The notes under the pieces: generated by a model | Database searches by the model: none | The model's input: only the letters and a program-made list of their open reading frames with translations | What the model was told of the DNA's origin: nothing | From: Marsupella aquatica | Taxonomy: Eukaryota > Plantae > Marchantiophyta | Assembly: GCA_973895155.1 (NCBI GenBank) | Contig: OZ316893.1 | Span: 5,904,171 to 5,968,170 of the forward strand | Direction of reading: 5' to 3' | DNA length: 64,000 bases | Program-made: the position numbers and the translations under genes | Shown here: positions 63,505 to 64,000 of the stretch, piece after piece | Layout: every line of letters starts with the position of its first letter | Numbering within the stretch: the first letter of the stretch is position 1

Positions 63505-64000
63505 TAGTGCAAGTGGTGGCACATTGATCCGTGCAAAATTGACATTCGCTAGTCAGCAAAACTTGTAACACGGCTATTAAAGCGGAACGTCGACTACCAT
63601 TTGGTTGAGCTGGGTTGAGTGAGAACTTCATTCAAGTGACTGATTGGATTGTGACTTGCCATTTGATTTGGCCGAGTTCGAGTTGCTATAATTACAAGCC
63701 AGCGACATCTGACATATGCTGTTGAGTTTTTACTCAGTGAAGTTGTGAGGACTAAGTGCATTGTGAGTTGCCATTCGGTTTGGTCGATCTAGTCCGAAGG
63801 TTGACGTAATTAATTTCGGAGCGAGCGGCATCTGACCGCCGATGTTGCTAGTGTTAATGTGGTGAAGTGAGGAGCTTGACAGAATTGTACGTATTGTGAG
63901 TCGCCAGTTGGATTGGTTGAGTGCGAGTTGACATCATTCGAAGCAAGCGACATCTGAGTTCTGTCAATTTCAATTTGTTGAAGTGAGGCCGGAGCGTGAC
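63505..64000 (+). repeat. Diverged paralog of the region upstream of the LEA-like gene (53040-53530)
   Basis: gagtgagaac.t..ttcaagtgact.attggattgtga..tgccat, ggtgaagtgaggagcttga and gcaagcgaca are collinear in both places. Confidence 0.85.

Overview
Eukaryotic, intron-containing land-plant DNA; a bryophyte or liverwort origin is my inference, not shown. The window is dominated by nested transposable elements. Host-like genes: one intact 10-exon ABCG11/WBC-type half-size ABC transporter (12310-18125, +), one small intronless repeat-rich hydrophilic (LEA-like) gene (53601-54137, +), and the upstream region of a probable paralog at the right edge. Mobile DNA: three CACTA right ends (322, 9653, 43809), a MULE transposase pseudogene with a hAT-type MITE in it, LINE 3' ends, a decayed copia element, 144-bp and ~407-bp tandem arrays, and a U2 snRNA 5' fragment. 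Two things stand out. First, four related TG...CA-ended elements carry a long ORF of one protein family; two of them are complete, 3.6-4.0 kb, have exact 5-bp TSDs, and lack gag/pol and internal LTR pairs, i.e. they look like protein-coding giant solo LTRs with element-specific short-motif arrays. Second, an intron-containing DUF3504/CryptonA-like tyrosine recombinase element with 30-bp inverted ends. All coordinates were read by eye and no searches were run.
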